Below the pieces are notes generated by a model. That model searched no databases and was not told where the DNA came from. It saw nothing but the letters and a program-made list of their open reading frames with translations. A program made the position numbers and the translations under genes. A stretch of 64,000 bases of DNA from IMG/VR virus record IMGVR_UViG_3300021371_000004, positions 35,049-99,048 of that record. One strand, written 5' to 3'. This DNA is from a virus. Each line of letters opens with the position of its first letter. The stretch's first letter is position 1. Positions 49,714 through 58,765 of the stretch are shown piece by piece.

Positions 49714-49997
49714 TACAATGCTCCATTATATTCGGTGAGGGTGCTGAGTTTGAACGAACGCCATCCGCCAGCATCAACGTCCCAACAAACAACGAGGTCG
49801 GGCGAATTTGTTGGAGGGTTGGGTGATGTCTCTTTGTGTTGTTTCGGGTCAATCGCCGTGTTCTGTAGAGTAGCGTTCATCTCTCGCAACTCCCCGTTCG
49901 CCTTCTCAAACTTGAAGTTTACCACTCCACGCTTCATTTGTCCCACAACCACTTCCTTCGTGGGCGTGTTCGCTAAAGTTAATTTCTCTTCACTCAT
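49713..49997 (-). CDS. DUF2693/WYL_2-like SH3-barrel protein
   Basis: FEKANGELREMNATL and WDVDAGGWRSF motifs. Confidence 0.8.
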   Translation of the reverse strand: MSEEKLTLANTPTKEVVVGQMKRGVVNFKFEKANGELREMNATLQNTAIDPKQHKETSPNPPTNSPDLVVCWDVDAGGWRSFKLSTLTEYNGAL

Positions 49998-50022
49998 GCA
50001 CTTTCTCCTTAATCATACATCT

Positions 50023-50050
50023 ATTATCGTCAACCGGATTGAAAAGGCAA
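50023..50050 (-). promoter_or_regulatory. Putative sigma70-type promoter
   Basis: TTGCCT-16 nt-GATAAT in the intergenic gap. Confidence 0.5.
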
Positions 50051-51148
50051 CTACAGGTCATCTCGCCACTGCAATGCTATCGGCAATTGCGGTATATTGT
50101 CCTTCGACATATTGTGGAACTTGACTGTCAGCATATTACCAACGCACTCGTCTCGGTTTTCCCACTCAACTGCTTTCTCATGCATGTTCCCTGCTGCTGT
50201 GACATTGAATGTCCCACCGGACTCGGTCTCACAGATCCAGACAGGGACACGATATTTCTTGTTACCGCGAATGTATGGTTTGCCTTCTTCATATCCGATG
50301 ACCTTGAACTCTGCGTCATGAAACTCTTTGACCTTGAGTAGTTTGCGTGACCGTTTGTCAGTCCCGTAACCATCTTCGCCAAAGCGCAACATGGTGCCTT
50401 CGTAACCTTCTTCGCGCCATTGCTTATGGTGCCCCATAACTTCTTCCATGCAATCGACAGAGAATGTTGGATTGACAACAATCTTCGGATGGAACTCGAA
50501 TCCACTTCCTTCCTCAAAGTCCTCAGTCCTCTCGGAGAAAGTTGCGTTCTCGTCTACAACATCATAGATGTGGTATTCGACCTGCTCGGACTCCGGAGTC
50601 AACTTCTTGATGAGAGATCCCAGTTCCTGTAGCGTCTTGCCATGCAGGTACAACTCACCGTCGAGGTGTAGACCCTGACACCCTGATTCATTGATAGCAT
50701 CAACGATGTGGGGCAGGTTAATAACCTTGCCCGAGCGAGAATACAGAACACCATCGACAAACAATGCACGGTGCCCGTCCAACTTGGGTTGGACGTATGC
50801 AGTTTCCCACTCAATGCTTTCTGGTTTGACCTTATCCAGAGAGGTCGCCAGCATGGGTTTCTTCAGACCAAGCGCATTAGTTGCGGGTGCTTCCGCTGCC
50901 TTCTTCGTCTTGACATACCCTTTGTCGATCTTTCGCTTTGACTTGCTGATGTTCTCGAGAACTGCCTGTTCTTCGGGTGTGGTCTCATTCGACCGCCCGA
51001 TGTTCTTTCCGACAGCAGTGTACTTAGTAGTGACCCACTTCCCGCCAAGTTTGGTTACAGAAGAACTATAGACAACTGCGCCTTCTGTCCAACCTTCCCA
51101 CGAACCAATGGACTTACCGTGGTTCTTGTACAACGTAATTTTACTCAT
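50051..51148 (-). CDS. ATP-dependent DNA ligase
   Basis: QPKLDGHR (KxDG), LDGELY, EGTMLR, LLKVK; start MSKITLY at 51148. Confidence 0.93.
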   Translation of the reverse strand: MSKITLYKNHGKSIGSWEGWTEGAVVYSSSVTKLGGKWVTTKYTAVGKNIGRSNETTPEEQAVLENISKSKRKIDKGYVKTKKAAEAPATNALGLKKPMLATSLDKVKPESIEWETAYVQPKLDGHRALFVDGVLYSRSGKVINLPHIVDAINESGCQGLHLDGELYLHGKTLQELGSLIKKLTPESEQVEYHIYDVVDENATFSERTEDFEEGSGFEFHPKIVVNPTFSVDCMEEVMGHHKQWREEGYEGTMLRFGEDGYGTDKRSRKLLKVKEFHDAEFKVIGYEEGKPYIRGNKKYRVPVWICETESGGTFNVTAAGNMHEKAVEWENRDECVGNMLTVKFHNMSKDNIPQLPIALQWRDDL

Positions 51149-51225
51149 ATATTCAACTCCAAACACATCCACACGATTATGCAAACATAACCAACATAAA
51201 ACAATTCATTCTTTTCTTCTTTCAT
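51145..51225 (-). CDS. Possible 26-aa hydrophobic peptide
   Basis: MKEEKNELFYVGYVCIIVWMCLELNI; coupled to both neighbours. Confidence 0.35.
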   Translation of the reverse strand: MKEEKNELFYVGYVCIIVWMCLELNI

Positions 51226-51226
51226 A

Positions 51227-51484
51227 TCACAACACCAATGGTATAATGGATGACGCGAGGATACACGCCATGACAGCATTGAGTAGAATTAGTGCGCGGT
51301 CTTTCCAGATAATGGAAACAACCAACCAACCAATGCTGGCACTGAATCCTAACACCAGATCGAATTCCCTATACTCCGCGCCAGCAGCGCGGAACGCTAC
51401 ACTCGCGAGCACAAGAAAGGTTGATACCCATTTCAAGTACCAGTCGAATCCCCTCTTCGGGGTCTCAATGTGGGTTGTTGTCAT
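51227..51484 (-). CDS. Small membrane protein (about 3 TM)
   Basis: Hydrophobic helices; WKDRALILLN motif. Confidence 0.75.
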   Translation of the reverse strand: MTTTHIETPKRGFDWYLKWVSTFLVLASVAFRAAGAEYREFDLVLGFSASIGWLVVSIIWKDRALILLNAVMACILASSIIPLVL

Positions 51485-51741
51485 CGGTTGTATCTCTCAT
51501 AAACATAAACATCAAACCGCGTGGCGCAATCCAGACCACCCACAATGTTACCACACCAATCATACTTCGAACCTTTGATGGGTACTCGTCCTCGAACCAA
51601 TACACGTTTGCGTTCGGGAATTCCCATCCGTTTGTGAGTCGCGTTGACCCACTTTATGTGCGCCTTGATTTTTAACAACTCGGGGTCGTTGCGGTCATGG
51701 GTGGTCATTCGCCAAAATTCGCTTCGTTGTTTATTCACCAC
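51481..51741 (-). CDS. Hypothetical protein
   Basis: GTG start after GAGGAG; ends ATRFDVYVYER. Confidence 0.65.
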   Translation of the reverse strand: MVNKQRSEFWRMTTHDRNDPELLKIKAHIKWVNATHKRMGIPERKRVLVRGRVPIKGSKYDWCGNIVGGLDCATRFDVYVYERYNR

Positions 51742-51881
51742 TATACTCCTCGCTTCTTCAGTTCTGCCTTGAGTTCGTCCAACCGCTGGCACTCCTCGAG
51801 CGAAACGGTCTTGTTCATGGGCAGAGAATCCAGCATACGATAAAACTGGCGTATTTCGGTCTGCAGTTCTTGAATAGTCAC
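51741..51881 (-). CDS. Small hypothetical protein
   Basis: GTG start after GAGGAG, downstream of a sigma70-like promoter. Confidence 0.55.
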   Translation of the reverse strand: MTIQELQTEIRQFYRMLDSLPMNKTVSLEECQRLDELKAELKKRGV

Positions 51882-51906
51882 ATCATTCTCCTCAATCAGA
51901 ACACCT

Positions 51907-51967
51907 ATTATGGAGCAAATAGGGTCCAAAGACAATATCGAGAAACCTGAATAAAATCAATAACTTA
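51907..51967 (-). promoter_or_regulatory. Sigma70-like promoter with upstream IHF-consensus site
   Basis: TTGTCT-17 nt-CATAAT (51935-51907); AATCAATAACTTA (51955-51967) matches WATCAANNNNTTR. Confidence 0.6.
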
Positions 51968-52594
51968 CGAGGAGGTCACAAACCGCACATTGGGAGGAGT
52001 CTGTATTTTGGGGTTGGCGTGTTTATGGTATAGGACAAATTCTACTTGGGTGAACTCATTGAATATCCCATTCCAGATAGGACGCCAAATATCGAGAAGG
52101 CGAAAGTTGTTTCCTCCACTTCGGTCGCTATTGAGTACGACGTCAGTGTAGGAGCGCATGTTGTGGTCAAATATTGAATCAAACCCAAACATGTGAATTT
52201 CTTCCGGTTGGTGCCTTGTGGCGGCATAGTGGGTTGCCAAGTGACCGCAGTTGAAGTTTGTTGCGCCTTGGGGTCCATCTCCCGCATATTTGGGGACAGT
52301 GGTATAGAACTCGCGTATTTGATGAGAGTGTTTCATATGGAACGATGCGTTTGCTTCCATGAAGGTTTTTGGTCTTGTACCGCAAACCCAGTGGTATGAG
52401 TCAAGAGAAATAGAACCCTCGGCAAGGGCAAAGCACATCTTGAAATCGACGATGCAGGTGGTATATGGGTTACGCACCGCAAATGGCGGTTGGTTGCAGA
52501 TTATAAGTTTTCCTTCTCGGTCACCTTGCCGAATGGATTCTGGCATCATTTGTGCCATGTCCCCGTTGCCCAGAATATATAACTTCTTCGTCAT
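51965..52594 (-). CDS. Putative transferase, sialyltransferase/Maf(DUF115)-like fold
   Basis: YILGNG...ICN...NCGHLA...IHMFGFD pattern. Confidence 0.55.
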   Translation of the reverse strand: MTKKLYILGNGDMAQMMPESIRQGDREGKLIICNQPPFAVRNPYTTCIVDFKMCFALAEGSISLDSYHWVCGTRPKTFMEANASFHMKHSHQIREFYTTVPKYAGDGPQGATNFNCGHLATHYAATRHQPEEIHMFGFDSIFDHNMRSYTDVVLNSDRSGGNNFRLLDIWRPIWNGIFNEFTQVEFVLYHKHANPKIQTPPNVRFVTSS

Positions 52595-53235
52595 AGTCCT
52601 ATCTGTTTCCGTATTTCTTGGTTTCCTTTCTCGCCAGTCCAGTGCATGATAACTCCACCCTCTGGCACGTTGTTGTCGACCACGTCAAGTCTCAGTACGT
52701 TGTACTTGTGCGGAGCGACAGAGATTGTACTTATACGTTTAATCGGGCAACCTCCGATGTAGTCGTGTAATGCCTCTTGGTCGCCTCTGTAGTTGCCGTC
52801 TCGCGAACGTTCTAACCACTGGGGTAAGACTATGGGGGTTCCTTCCACAGCAACCACGCCAGAGTTGTACCACTCGCCGAGTTGGGGTCTGCGCGTAGAC
52901 CAAGGGTGGTCAACGACCATTGTCAGTTTATTCTTCTCAGTGTACCGAAAGATTCCCGTCGGATCCGACGTTACCTGACAATCCGTGTCTAACCAACAGA
53001 CCTTATCATACTTTCTGCTGGCGCGCAGAATTGCTTCTATCTTCGAGAACCAACCCGCGCGAGCAGTTGGGAACGATGCTTCTGCGAATGAAGAAATGTT
53101 CGTGAGCATATCCTCAGACATACCAAAGTCTGCGATAACCAGCGGGAGTTTGCAGTGCTTCTTATAGTTGTCTATGAACCACGGCAATTGCCACTCAGTG
53201 TTCTTATCACAACCTGTCAAGAATACTTCTTTCAT
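52591..53235 (-). CDS. GT-A glycosyltransferase (GT8-like)
   Basis: WLDTD, YNSGV, GDQEAL and HWTG motifs. Confidence 0.8.
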   Translation of the reverse strand: MKEVFLTGCDKNTEWQLPWFIDNYKKHCKLPLVIADFGMSEDMLTNISSFAEASFPTARAGWFSKIEAILRASRKYDKVCWLDTDCQVTSDPTGIFRYTEKNKLTMVVDHPWSTRRPQLGEWYNSGVVAVEGTPIVLPQWLERSRDGNYRGDQEALHDYIGGCPIKRISTISVAPHKYNVLRLDVVDNNVPEGGVIMHWTGEKGNQEIRKQIGL

Positions 53236-53873
53236 ATCAATTCGTAGGTCTCATTATAATTGTGTTTGGCGAGACAACCCTGCTGCTGCTGTATTGTGGA
53301 GAAAGAGTCCCTCGCTTCAACCGGCCAGGGGTAGTATTCCTCAATACATTCAAAATTCTTATTGCTGATAAAAATGTCGGTTGGTCCAGCACACTCCTTT
53401 GCTTTGGCGATTAATTTTCCTGCGCCATATGGAGTGACTGCATATGCATGTGCGCCAGGAAGGTATTGTTTCGAGATGAGTTTGTTTCGACCAATCAATT
53501 GTGGGGTGACATACTTTCCATAACTTGGTTTGCCGAAAGACATAATTCCGCCGAAAGCATTGGAAGGAATCTCGTCGACGAAATATGCATCGTGTTCAAG
53601 CACCATCAAAGTTTCGTTTTCTTCATACGACTTTTGCCACAACCTGTAGTGAGAACAAAAAGCGGCGAGGCAATTTATGTATCGAGAATAAACTTCTTTA
53701 AAACCTTCGGTGGGTATCCCTTCTGATGCAGCAAACTGTTCGACGCCATGGCGAGGAGAAGTCGCCCAGAACGGTTGGACTTCAAAACCAACTCTCTGCG
53801 CTGATTTGATGCAACGCTTTGCCACCTGCTCAGATTGCGGGACATCGCTGATAGTTATCACATATCCTTTCAT
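53232..53873 (-). CDS. GT25-like glycosyltransferase
   Basis: CSHYRLW...VLEHDA and GAHAYAVTP.GA motifs. Confidence 0.85.
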   Translation of the reverse strand: MKGYVITISDVPQSEQVAKRCIKSAQRVGFEVQPFWATSPRHGVEQFAASEGIPTEGFKEVYSRYINCLAAFCSHYRLWQKSYEENETLMVLEHDAYFVDEIPSNAFGGIMSFGKPSYGKYVTPQLIGRNKLISKQYLPGAHAYAVTPYGAGKLIAKAKECAGPTDIFISNKNFECIEEYYPWPVEARDSFSTIQQQQGCLAKHNYNETYELI

Positions 53874-54607
53874 GATGTAGTGGTCGAACCCATCCTTCTA
53901 ACCTTTGTTGCATACGGATACAAAACTTTCAGTTCGGGAAATAACTGGCGGCACATAACAGCATCGTTTGGCCACATCCCTATGCGTTGAACTTCATCAA
54001 GAAGTTTCTTCGCGAATGCGGGTCTGATAAGATATGCGCTGTTGCCAGCAAGTCCCATTGGTAGAGGTAAGTCTGTCGGTTCGTCGATGATGGGTACTCG
54101 GTGAATACCTTCCCCACACTGTGCGACTTTTGCATGGAACGTCTGCCCCTTGCGAGTATTTCCTCTCGGGTCATTTAACCCAACAGCACCCCATTTAGGA
54201 TCTAGCATAATAGAAGATATGTCAAAGTCTCGAAAGAATTCTGCATCGTGCTCAAGTACCATAATCGGTTCGTTGGATTCCGCACATAATTTCCATAGAC
54301 GGTAATGACTCAGCGCACACGCCACGACCTTGTTCTGGTCTGCTGCTTGGTAAGTCCTTTTATACAACCCAGTGTACAAGCAGTATCCATCATCTACTGT
54401 TCGAGTCGGCCAAGTCCAAGCAACCTGTTTACCAAAGACTTCTTGTATGTGGGGATATATGTCTATTGGTTGTGTTGCTTCAAACGTTTGGAACCGCAGA
54501 GTGTCGTTGACCTGCCTTATCCAACGGTGTGCTTTGTATCGAGTCGTGTGACTACCTTGGAAGGAAGTTTCGTTGTCCGACATTGTTATGATGTAAGCAT
54601 TTATCAT
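53870..54607 (-). CDS. GT25-like glycosyltransferase
   Basis: ACALSHYRLW...VLEHDA and GNSAYLIRP motifs. Confidence 0.85.
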   Translation of the reverse strand: MINAYIITMSDNETSFQGSHTTRYKAHRWIRQVNDTLRFQTFEATQPIDIYPHIQEVFGKQVAWTWPTRTVDDGYCLYTGLYKRTYQAADQNKVVACALSHYRLWKLCAESNEPIMVLEHDAEFFRDFDISSIMLDPKWGAVGLNDPRGNTRKGQTFHAKVAQCGEGIHRVPIIDEPTDLPLPMGLAGNSAYLIRPAFAKKLLDEVQRIGMWPNDAVMCRQLFPELKVLYPYATKVRRMGSTTTS

Positions 54608-54608
54608 T

Positions 54609-55292
54609 TCAGAATCCGTGGGATGTCTTCAGGTTCTTGCTATTAAACTTCACGGGAGCAGGAGAAATATAATCCATATCCACGTTCATACTATTTATGA
54701 AGAAATCAGACTGGTCGAGTCCGTGAGTTTCTAATGCATACAACAACCTTCCGGCACCTTTCGGTGTGAGCGCATATGCAGCAGTTCCAGGTGCCATGTC
54801 ACTAAATTTGAAAACATTTTCTTTGTAATATTTTAGTGGGTACGATATCGGGAACCTTCCTGCACCTTCAGGAAATTCATATCCCAAGAATTGACTCAGC
54901 GCGAGTGGACTTGGTGCTTTGAACACGTGGTCGCAGTTTAGCAGAAGATATTCAGAGAATTTAATTTTGGGTGGAGGGGACACGCATATAGAATCGTGTT
55001 CGAAGAAACACATCCTCTTATTACCAGCAGCGACTTCTTCCCAGAAGTTGATGTGGTTGGTGAAGCAACTCATCTTGGTATCGAATATTGCTTTGTCTTG
55101 TTTCTTAAAACCATCCAGTCTACCATTGGGGACGAGAGGTTTGTTATAATGTTCGCTTTGGGAAACTGTCTTCGGTGTCACACCTGCGTGGAGTTCAACG
55201 TCCCAACCGTGAGAAATAAAACTCTTCAGCGAGTCATTTGCTTGCTGTGTAGATTCTGCGTGACCTTCGATGTATATGATACGACCTTTCAC
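54609..55292 (-). CDS. GT25-like glycosyltransferase
   Basis: SCFTNHINFW...FEHD and GTAAYALTPKGA motifs. Confidence 0.8.
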   Translation of the reverse strand: MKGRIIYIEGHAESTQQANDSLKSFISHGWDVELHAGVTPKTVSQSEHYNKPLVPNGRLDGFKKQDKAIFDTKMSCFTNHINFWEEVAAGNKRMCFFEHDSICVSPPPKIKFSEYLLLNCDHVFKAPSPLALSQFLGYEFPEGAGRFPISYPLKYYKENVFKFSDMAPGTAAYALTPKGAGRLLYALETHGLDQSDFFINSMNVDMDYISPAPVKFNSKNLKTSHGF

Positions 55293-55840
55293 TTTCGTAC
55301 CACCACAGTGGACTTCATGAAATACAAAGACTTATCGACACCAACCTGCTGCGCCATAGACAGGAACTGAGAACTGCCTCTATCCTTTGGGTGATCTATG
55401 GCATGCTTCACCATGTCTGCGTTTCCAGATCTATGCTTCAATAGGACTTCTTCGAACCCAGCATTTTCAGTCAGACAGAGAAGTCCTTCTGGGGTAAACC
55501 TGAAGAAGTCTCCTGGCCAGTCATGAACCTGATACATGAAAGGGGATGACGCGATGAGCATGCCACCTTTGTTAAGAACTCGGTATGCTTCTTCTACACA
55601 CAACCATGGTTTCTTGCAGTGCTCGAGAACCTGATTCATTATAACGCAATCGAAAGACTCGTCTTCGTACGGAAGATCATCTGCGCTGACTTCAGGGAAT
55701 TGCGAGATAGTAACCTTATCAAACTTGGACAACCATTCTTTGGTCTGACCGCTGATCTCGAGGACGGAGTTGGTCGGGTATTGGTTGTTTTCAAGAAACG
55801 ACCCAACAACCCGCATGTACTCGAGTCGAGTCGCTTTCAT
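55289..55840 (-). CDS. Class I SAM-dependent methyltransferase
   Basis: LPYEDESFDCVIMNQVLEH, RVLNKGG and DFFRFTPEGL motifs. Confidence 0.88.
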   Translation of the reverse strand: MKATRLEYMRVVGSFLENNQYPTNSVLEISGQTKEWLSKFDKVTISQFPEVSADDLPYEDESFDCVIMNQVLEHCKKPWLCVEEAYRVLNKGGMLIASSPFMYQVHDWPGDFFRFTPEGLLCLTENAGFEEVLLKHRSGNADMVKHAIDHPKDRGSSQFLSMAQQVGVDKSLYFMKSTVVVRK

Positions 55841-56418
55841 GCAATTCTCTCGATGACAGTACATCCACACTTTCCGAGAGGAAGATCAGCAACAACCTTC
55901 CATGTGTTGGGTTGCACCTTTTCGATAAACTGGGTCACAACCATGAACAGTTCCCTGCCCTTTTGGTTCACATCATGGAATGCAATCCTTTTTGAAACAC
56001 TGCTGGCGTGAAGCATGAGTTCGTTCATCAGATAAACTGGATCATGTAGACTGTCGATGTGCAGAAAGTCGCAGGGAGTAACGGAAGCGGTATCTGTTGA
56101 ACTCATCTCAAGTAGCGTGACCGTCTTACCAGAAGACTCTGCATAATCGTCGACCAACTTCTGCATAGATTGGCGATACTTATTATAGTCAATGTCAACA
56201 CCAACAACTTCTTCTACACCATCAAGTGTGAGGAACATGGCGAATGTGCCACCTTGCCATACACCCAACTCTTTTACAACAGCACAACCAGTTGCATACT
56301 CTGCGAGCATTTTGTCTCGATCGTTTTCGTGTACGTTGTGGGACATACAGTGTTGTAGTCTAACTTCGAAGCAATCTTCGAGGGTCTTGCACTTTGAATA
56401 ATCTAATGGTGCTGCCAT
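55837..56418 (-). CDS. SAM-dependent methyltransferase (Methyltransf_24-like)
   Basis: ELGVWQG, GVD, DFLHIDSLH and FHD motifs. Confidence 0.82.
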   Translation of the reverse strand: MAAPLDYSKCKTLEDCFEVRLQHCMSHNVHENDRDKMLAEYATGCAVVKELGVWQGGTFAMFLTLDGVEEVVGVDIDYNKYRQSMQKLVDDYAESSGKTVTLLEMSSTDTASVTPCDFLHIDSLHDPVYLMNELMLHASSVSKRIAFHDVNQKGRELFMVVTQFIEKVQPNTWKVVADLPLGKCGCTVIERIA

Positions 56419-56426
56419 GGTAATTC

Positions 56427-57221
56427 CTATATTTGACTCATTAATGTGTCGACGTCTTCACCCTGATCAGGCAGTTTATCTTTGAGGAAGAAGTGCACGA
56501 AATAAGCGTCGACTATGCTTTCGTCCGTCACACCTTTATATAGTGCGTTGAATTTCCACTCCATCTCCTGCAGCTGCAATGGGACTTTCTTCACCCACCA
56601 GTTGAGCAGGGTCTGGTCGGTCGACCATTTCCACGCACCGTCACCGTCTATAAATCGTTTGAACTCGACTCGGTTCAGAAACTCTCGAGCATTCTGACCC
56701 TTGAAGTGTTTGACGATAGACTCGTTCATGACAATCATGCCCATGTTATAGAACTTCGCGCCCAGACTATTCCAGTGCCACTCGACATCTTTCAAATTGC
56801 TGTACTGCATCCGAGAGTAGTTCTGTATCTTCTGCGCGTACTCAGGAGTAATCGGCATATCTCTTTCGACAGCAGCACCAAAATCATAGGCAGAACTATC
56901 AAAGTGTTCAAAGATATTTGGCGCGTCTGGGCGAATGTAGATGTCTGCGTCGATTATAGCAATGTCGTTAAACCGATCAAAGTAATCAAATGCATTTTCT
57001 TTTTCGTAGATGGGAAGAAACCCACCGTGTTTCTTGTAGGATTCAGTAGACCTGTTCGTAGCGAATATGTCGGGGCATATCCGGAGGATAGGTTCGCGCT
57101 GCACGATGTGTTCAATACCATACTTCTTGCAGTACTTGGCAACGGAATCTATGCAATGTTCGTAGAGTTTAGACTTTGGTCCAACTGCGACCTGATATAT
57201 CATTCGAAATTTTATGTTCAT
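56427..57221 (-). CDS. GT-A glycosyltransferase (GT8/GT34-like)
   Basis: IIDADIYI, YNMG, DQTLLN and FVHF motifs. Confidence 0.82.
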   Translation of the reverse strand: MNIKFRMIYQVAVGPKSKLYEHCIDSVAKYCKKYGIEHIVQREPILRICPDIFATNRSTESYKKHGGFLPIYEKENAFDYFDRFNDIAIIDADIYIRPDAPNIFEHFDSSAYDFGAAVERDMPITPEYAQKIQNYSRMQYSNLKDVEWHWNSLGAKFYNMGMIVMNESIVKHFKGQNAREFLNRVEFKRFIDGDGAWKWSTDQTLLNWWVKKVPLQLQEMEWKFNALYKGVTDESIVDAYFVHFFLKDKLPDQGEDVDTLMSQI

Positions 57222-57229
57222 AATATAAC

Positions 57230-57967
57230 CTATTCGTAATGCGTTATAGTGGTGCCTATATCTTTAGAATATAATTGAAAACAACATGCGTTCGATTTAC
57301 AGAACATTTGAAAATGGTCTTTATACCAGGTTCGAACATCATTTGATTCGTGGCACCCTGCTCCACAATGCCCGCTTTCAATGTAGTCTACAACTCCATA
57401 GTAGAAGAGATAACCGTCGACGTTAATTGTAATCTCGCAATTAACGTCGACCACGCGGGGAGTAAATGTTTTTGGCCAAAGTTTTGGGTCGGTTTTAGTT
57501 GGCGGTGGGTTTAGGAGCACCCTTGCAAACTCTGGAGTTATATAGTAACCGCAAGCAACAGCAAGGTATCCGGTTTGACCGCTTTCTTTAGAGTGTGGAA
57601 AAAACCCGAAAAAAGCACTGCGCATATGTGAAAAATCTGGAATATTTCTGTGCGAATATGAATCGTGCTCGATTATGTGTATGGGGGAGTCTATCTCAAC
57701 GCAATGCTTCCAGAGTCTGTAGTGACTATACCAAACGGCAATCTCTGTATCCGAGAATTCCCTACCTTCTGGCGAACTAGCAGAGTATAGATTGCCGAAT
57801 TTGAGTTCGCCATTTCTAACGTCCCCGTAATCCTTCCGTAGAGTTTCTGGGGTTGATGCTTCGAACCAATTTATGTTATATCCAAGCGATTCCCATGAGG
57901 GTATGCAAAGGGAAGAATAGTACTGCGATTTAGGGCAATTTGATATGCCTATCATCTGTATGTTCAC
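57230..57967 (-). CDS. GT25-like glycosyltransferase
   Basis: EIAVWYSHYRLW...IIEHD and GYYITP motifs. Confidence 0.78.
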   Translation of the reverse strand: MNIQMIGISNCPKSQYYSSLCIPSWESLGYNINWFEASTPETLRKDYGDVRNGELKFGNLYSASSPEGREFSDTEIAVWYSHYRLWKHCVEIDSPIHIIEHDSYSHRNIPDFSHMRSAFFGFFPHSKESGQTGYLAVACGYYITPEFARVLLNPPPTKTDPKLWPKTFTPRVVDVNCEITINVDGYLFYYGVVDYIESGHCGAGCHESNDVRTWYKDHFQMFCKSNACCFQLYSKDIGTTITHYE

Positions 57968-58317
57968 TTATCACCACCGTCTCCATTTGAGCGGGTGTAC
58001 AATCCAAACCATGCAGCACCTGCTCCGATAACAGTACTTATAAGTCCTGCTTGAGACAGTTCTGGTTCGTCTAAATCCATAAACCACATAGTACAGTAGT
58101 ACAAGAGAAACATGTACACGGTGATGAATGCTCGAGGAAATATCCTCCAAGCGTCAACAGTTCTTGCGATGTGCACCCAGTACTGGTGCGGGTTGTGTTC
58201 AGACTTGCTCTTGAGTTCTCGAATTTCGTCTTTAAGTTTTGAGTTCTCTTCGACAATTTGCATGAATGTGTCGAGTTTTACCTCAACATCGCCTTCTATT
58301 ATTTTATTTTCATCCAC
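57964..58317 (-). CDS. Holin-like membrane protein (2 TM)
   Basis: DAWRIFPR plus two hydrophobic helices; adjacent to endolysin. Confidence 0.6.
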   Translation of the reverse strand: MDENKIIEGDVEVKLDTFMQIVEENSKLKDEIRELKSKSEHNPHQYWVHIARTVDAWRIFPRAFITVYMFLLYYCTMWFMDLDEPELSQAGLISTVIGAGAAWFGLYTRSNGDGGDK

Positions 58318-58765
58318 GGAATTCCTCCATGCGAGTCATGAGTCGCTCTGCGCGATTGCCGACTTGCTTGTACCAACGGCTGTCTCGACCTTCCTTTGCT
58401 GCCTCTTTCCAGTCGCCTTCGGCAATTGCCTTGTTCATCTTCTTGAACTTGCTCAGTCGAGTGCGACCCAGATTGAATGACATGTTGACAAGTATTTCTT
58501 GGATATCGCCAGGAAGTGTCCACCAAAGATCTTCTCCGTACAGCACCACGGCATCGATGATTGCTGCGTCTAGATCTTCTTCGAAGCAACTCTCGATTCT
58601 CGCATCGCTGACTGGCGTTCCTTCGGGCAGTCCGTATTCTTGGTCTGTCTCAAGAACAAGGTGACCTATGCCAAAAGTCTTATGACCCAGACTACAACTG
58701 TAGATCTCGTCAACCCTTCCTTCGTCTCGCGTGATATCCATCTTCAGTCTTCGTTCGTCCATCAT
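58310..58765 (-). CDS. Endolysin (T4-lysozyme/GH24 family)
   Basis: E-x8-C-x5-T triad, TFGIGH, NMSFNLG, KFKKM and SRWYKQVGNRAERL motifs. Confidence 0.92.
   Translation of the reverse strand: MMDERRLKMDITRDEGRVDEIYSCSLGHKTFGIGHLVLETDQEYGLPEGTPVSDARIESCFEEDLDAAIIDAVVLYGEDLWWTLPGDIQEILVNMSFNLGRTRLSKFKKMNKAIAEGDWKEAAKEGRDSRWYKQVGNRAERLMTRMEEFRG

Noticed and set aside
57213-57967. TGAACATA shared at the starts of two adjacent GT genes as a target-site duplication
   Set aside because: Only 8 bp, compatible with chance.
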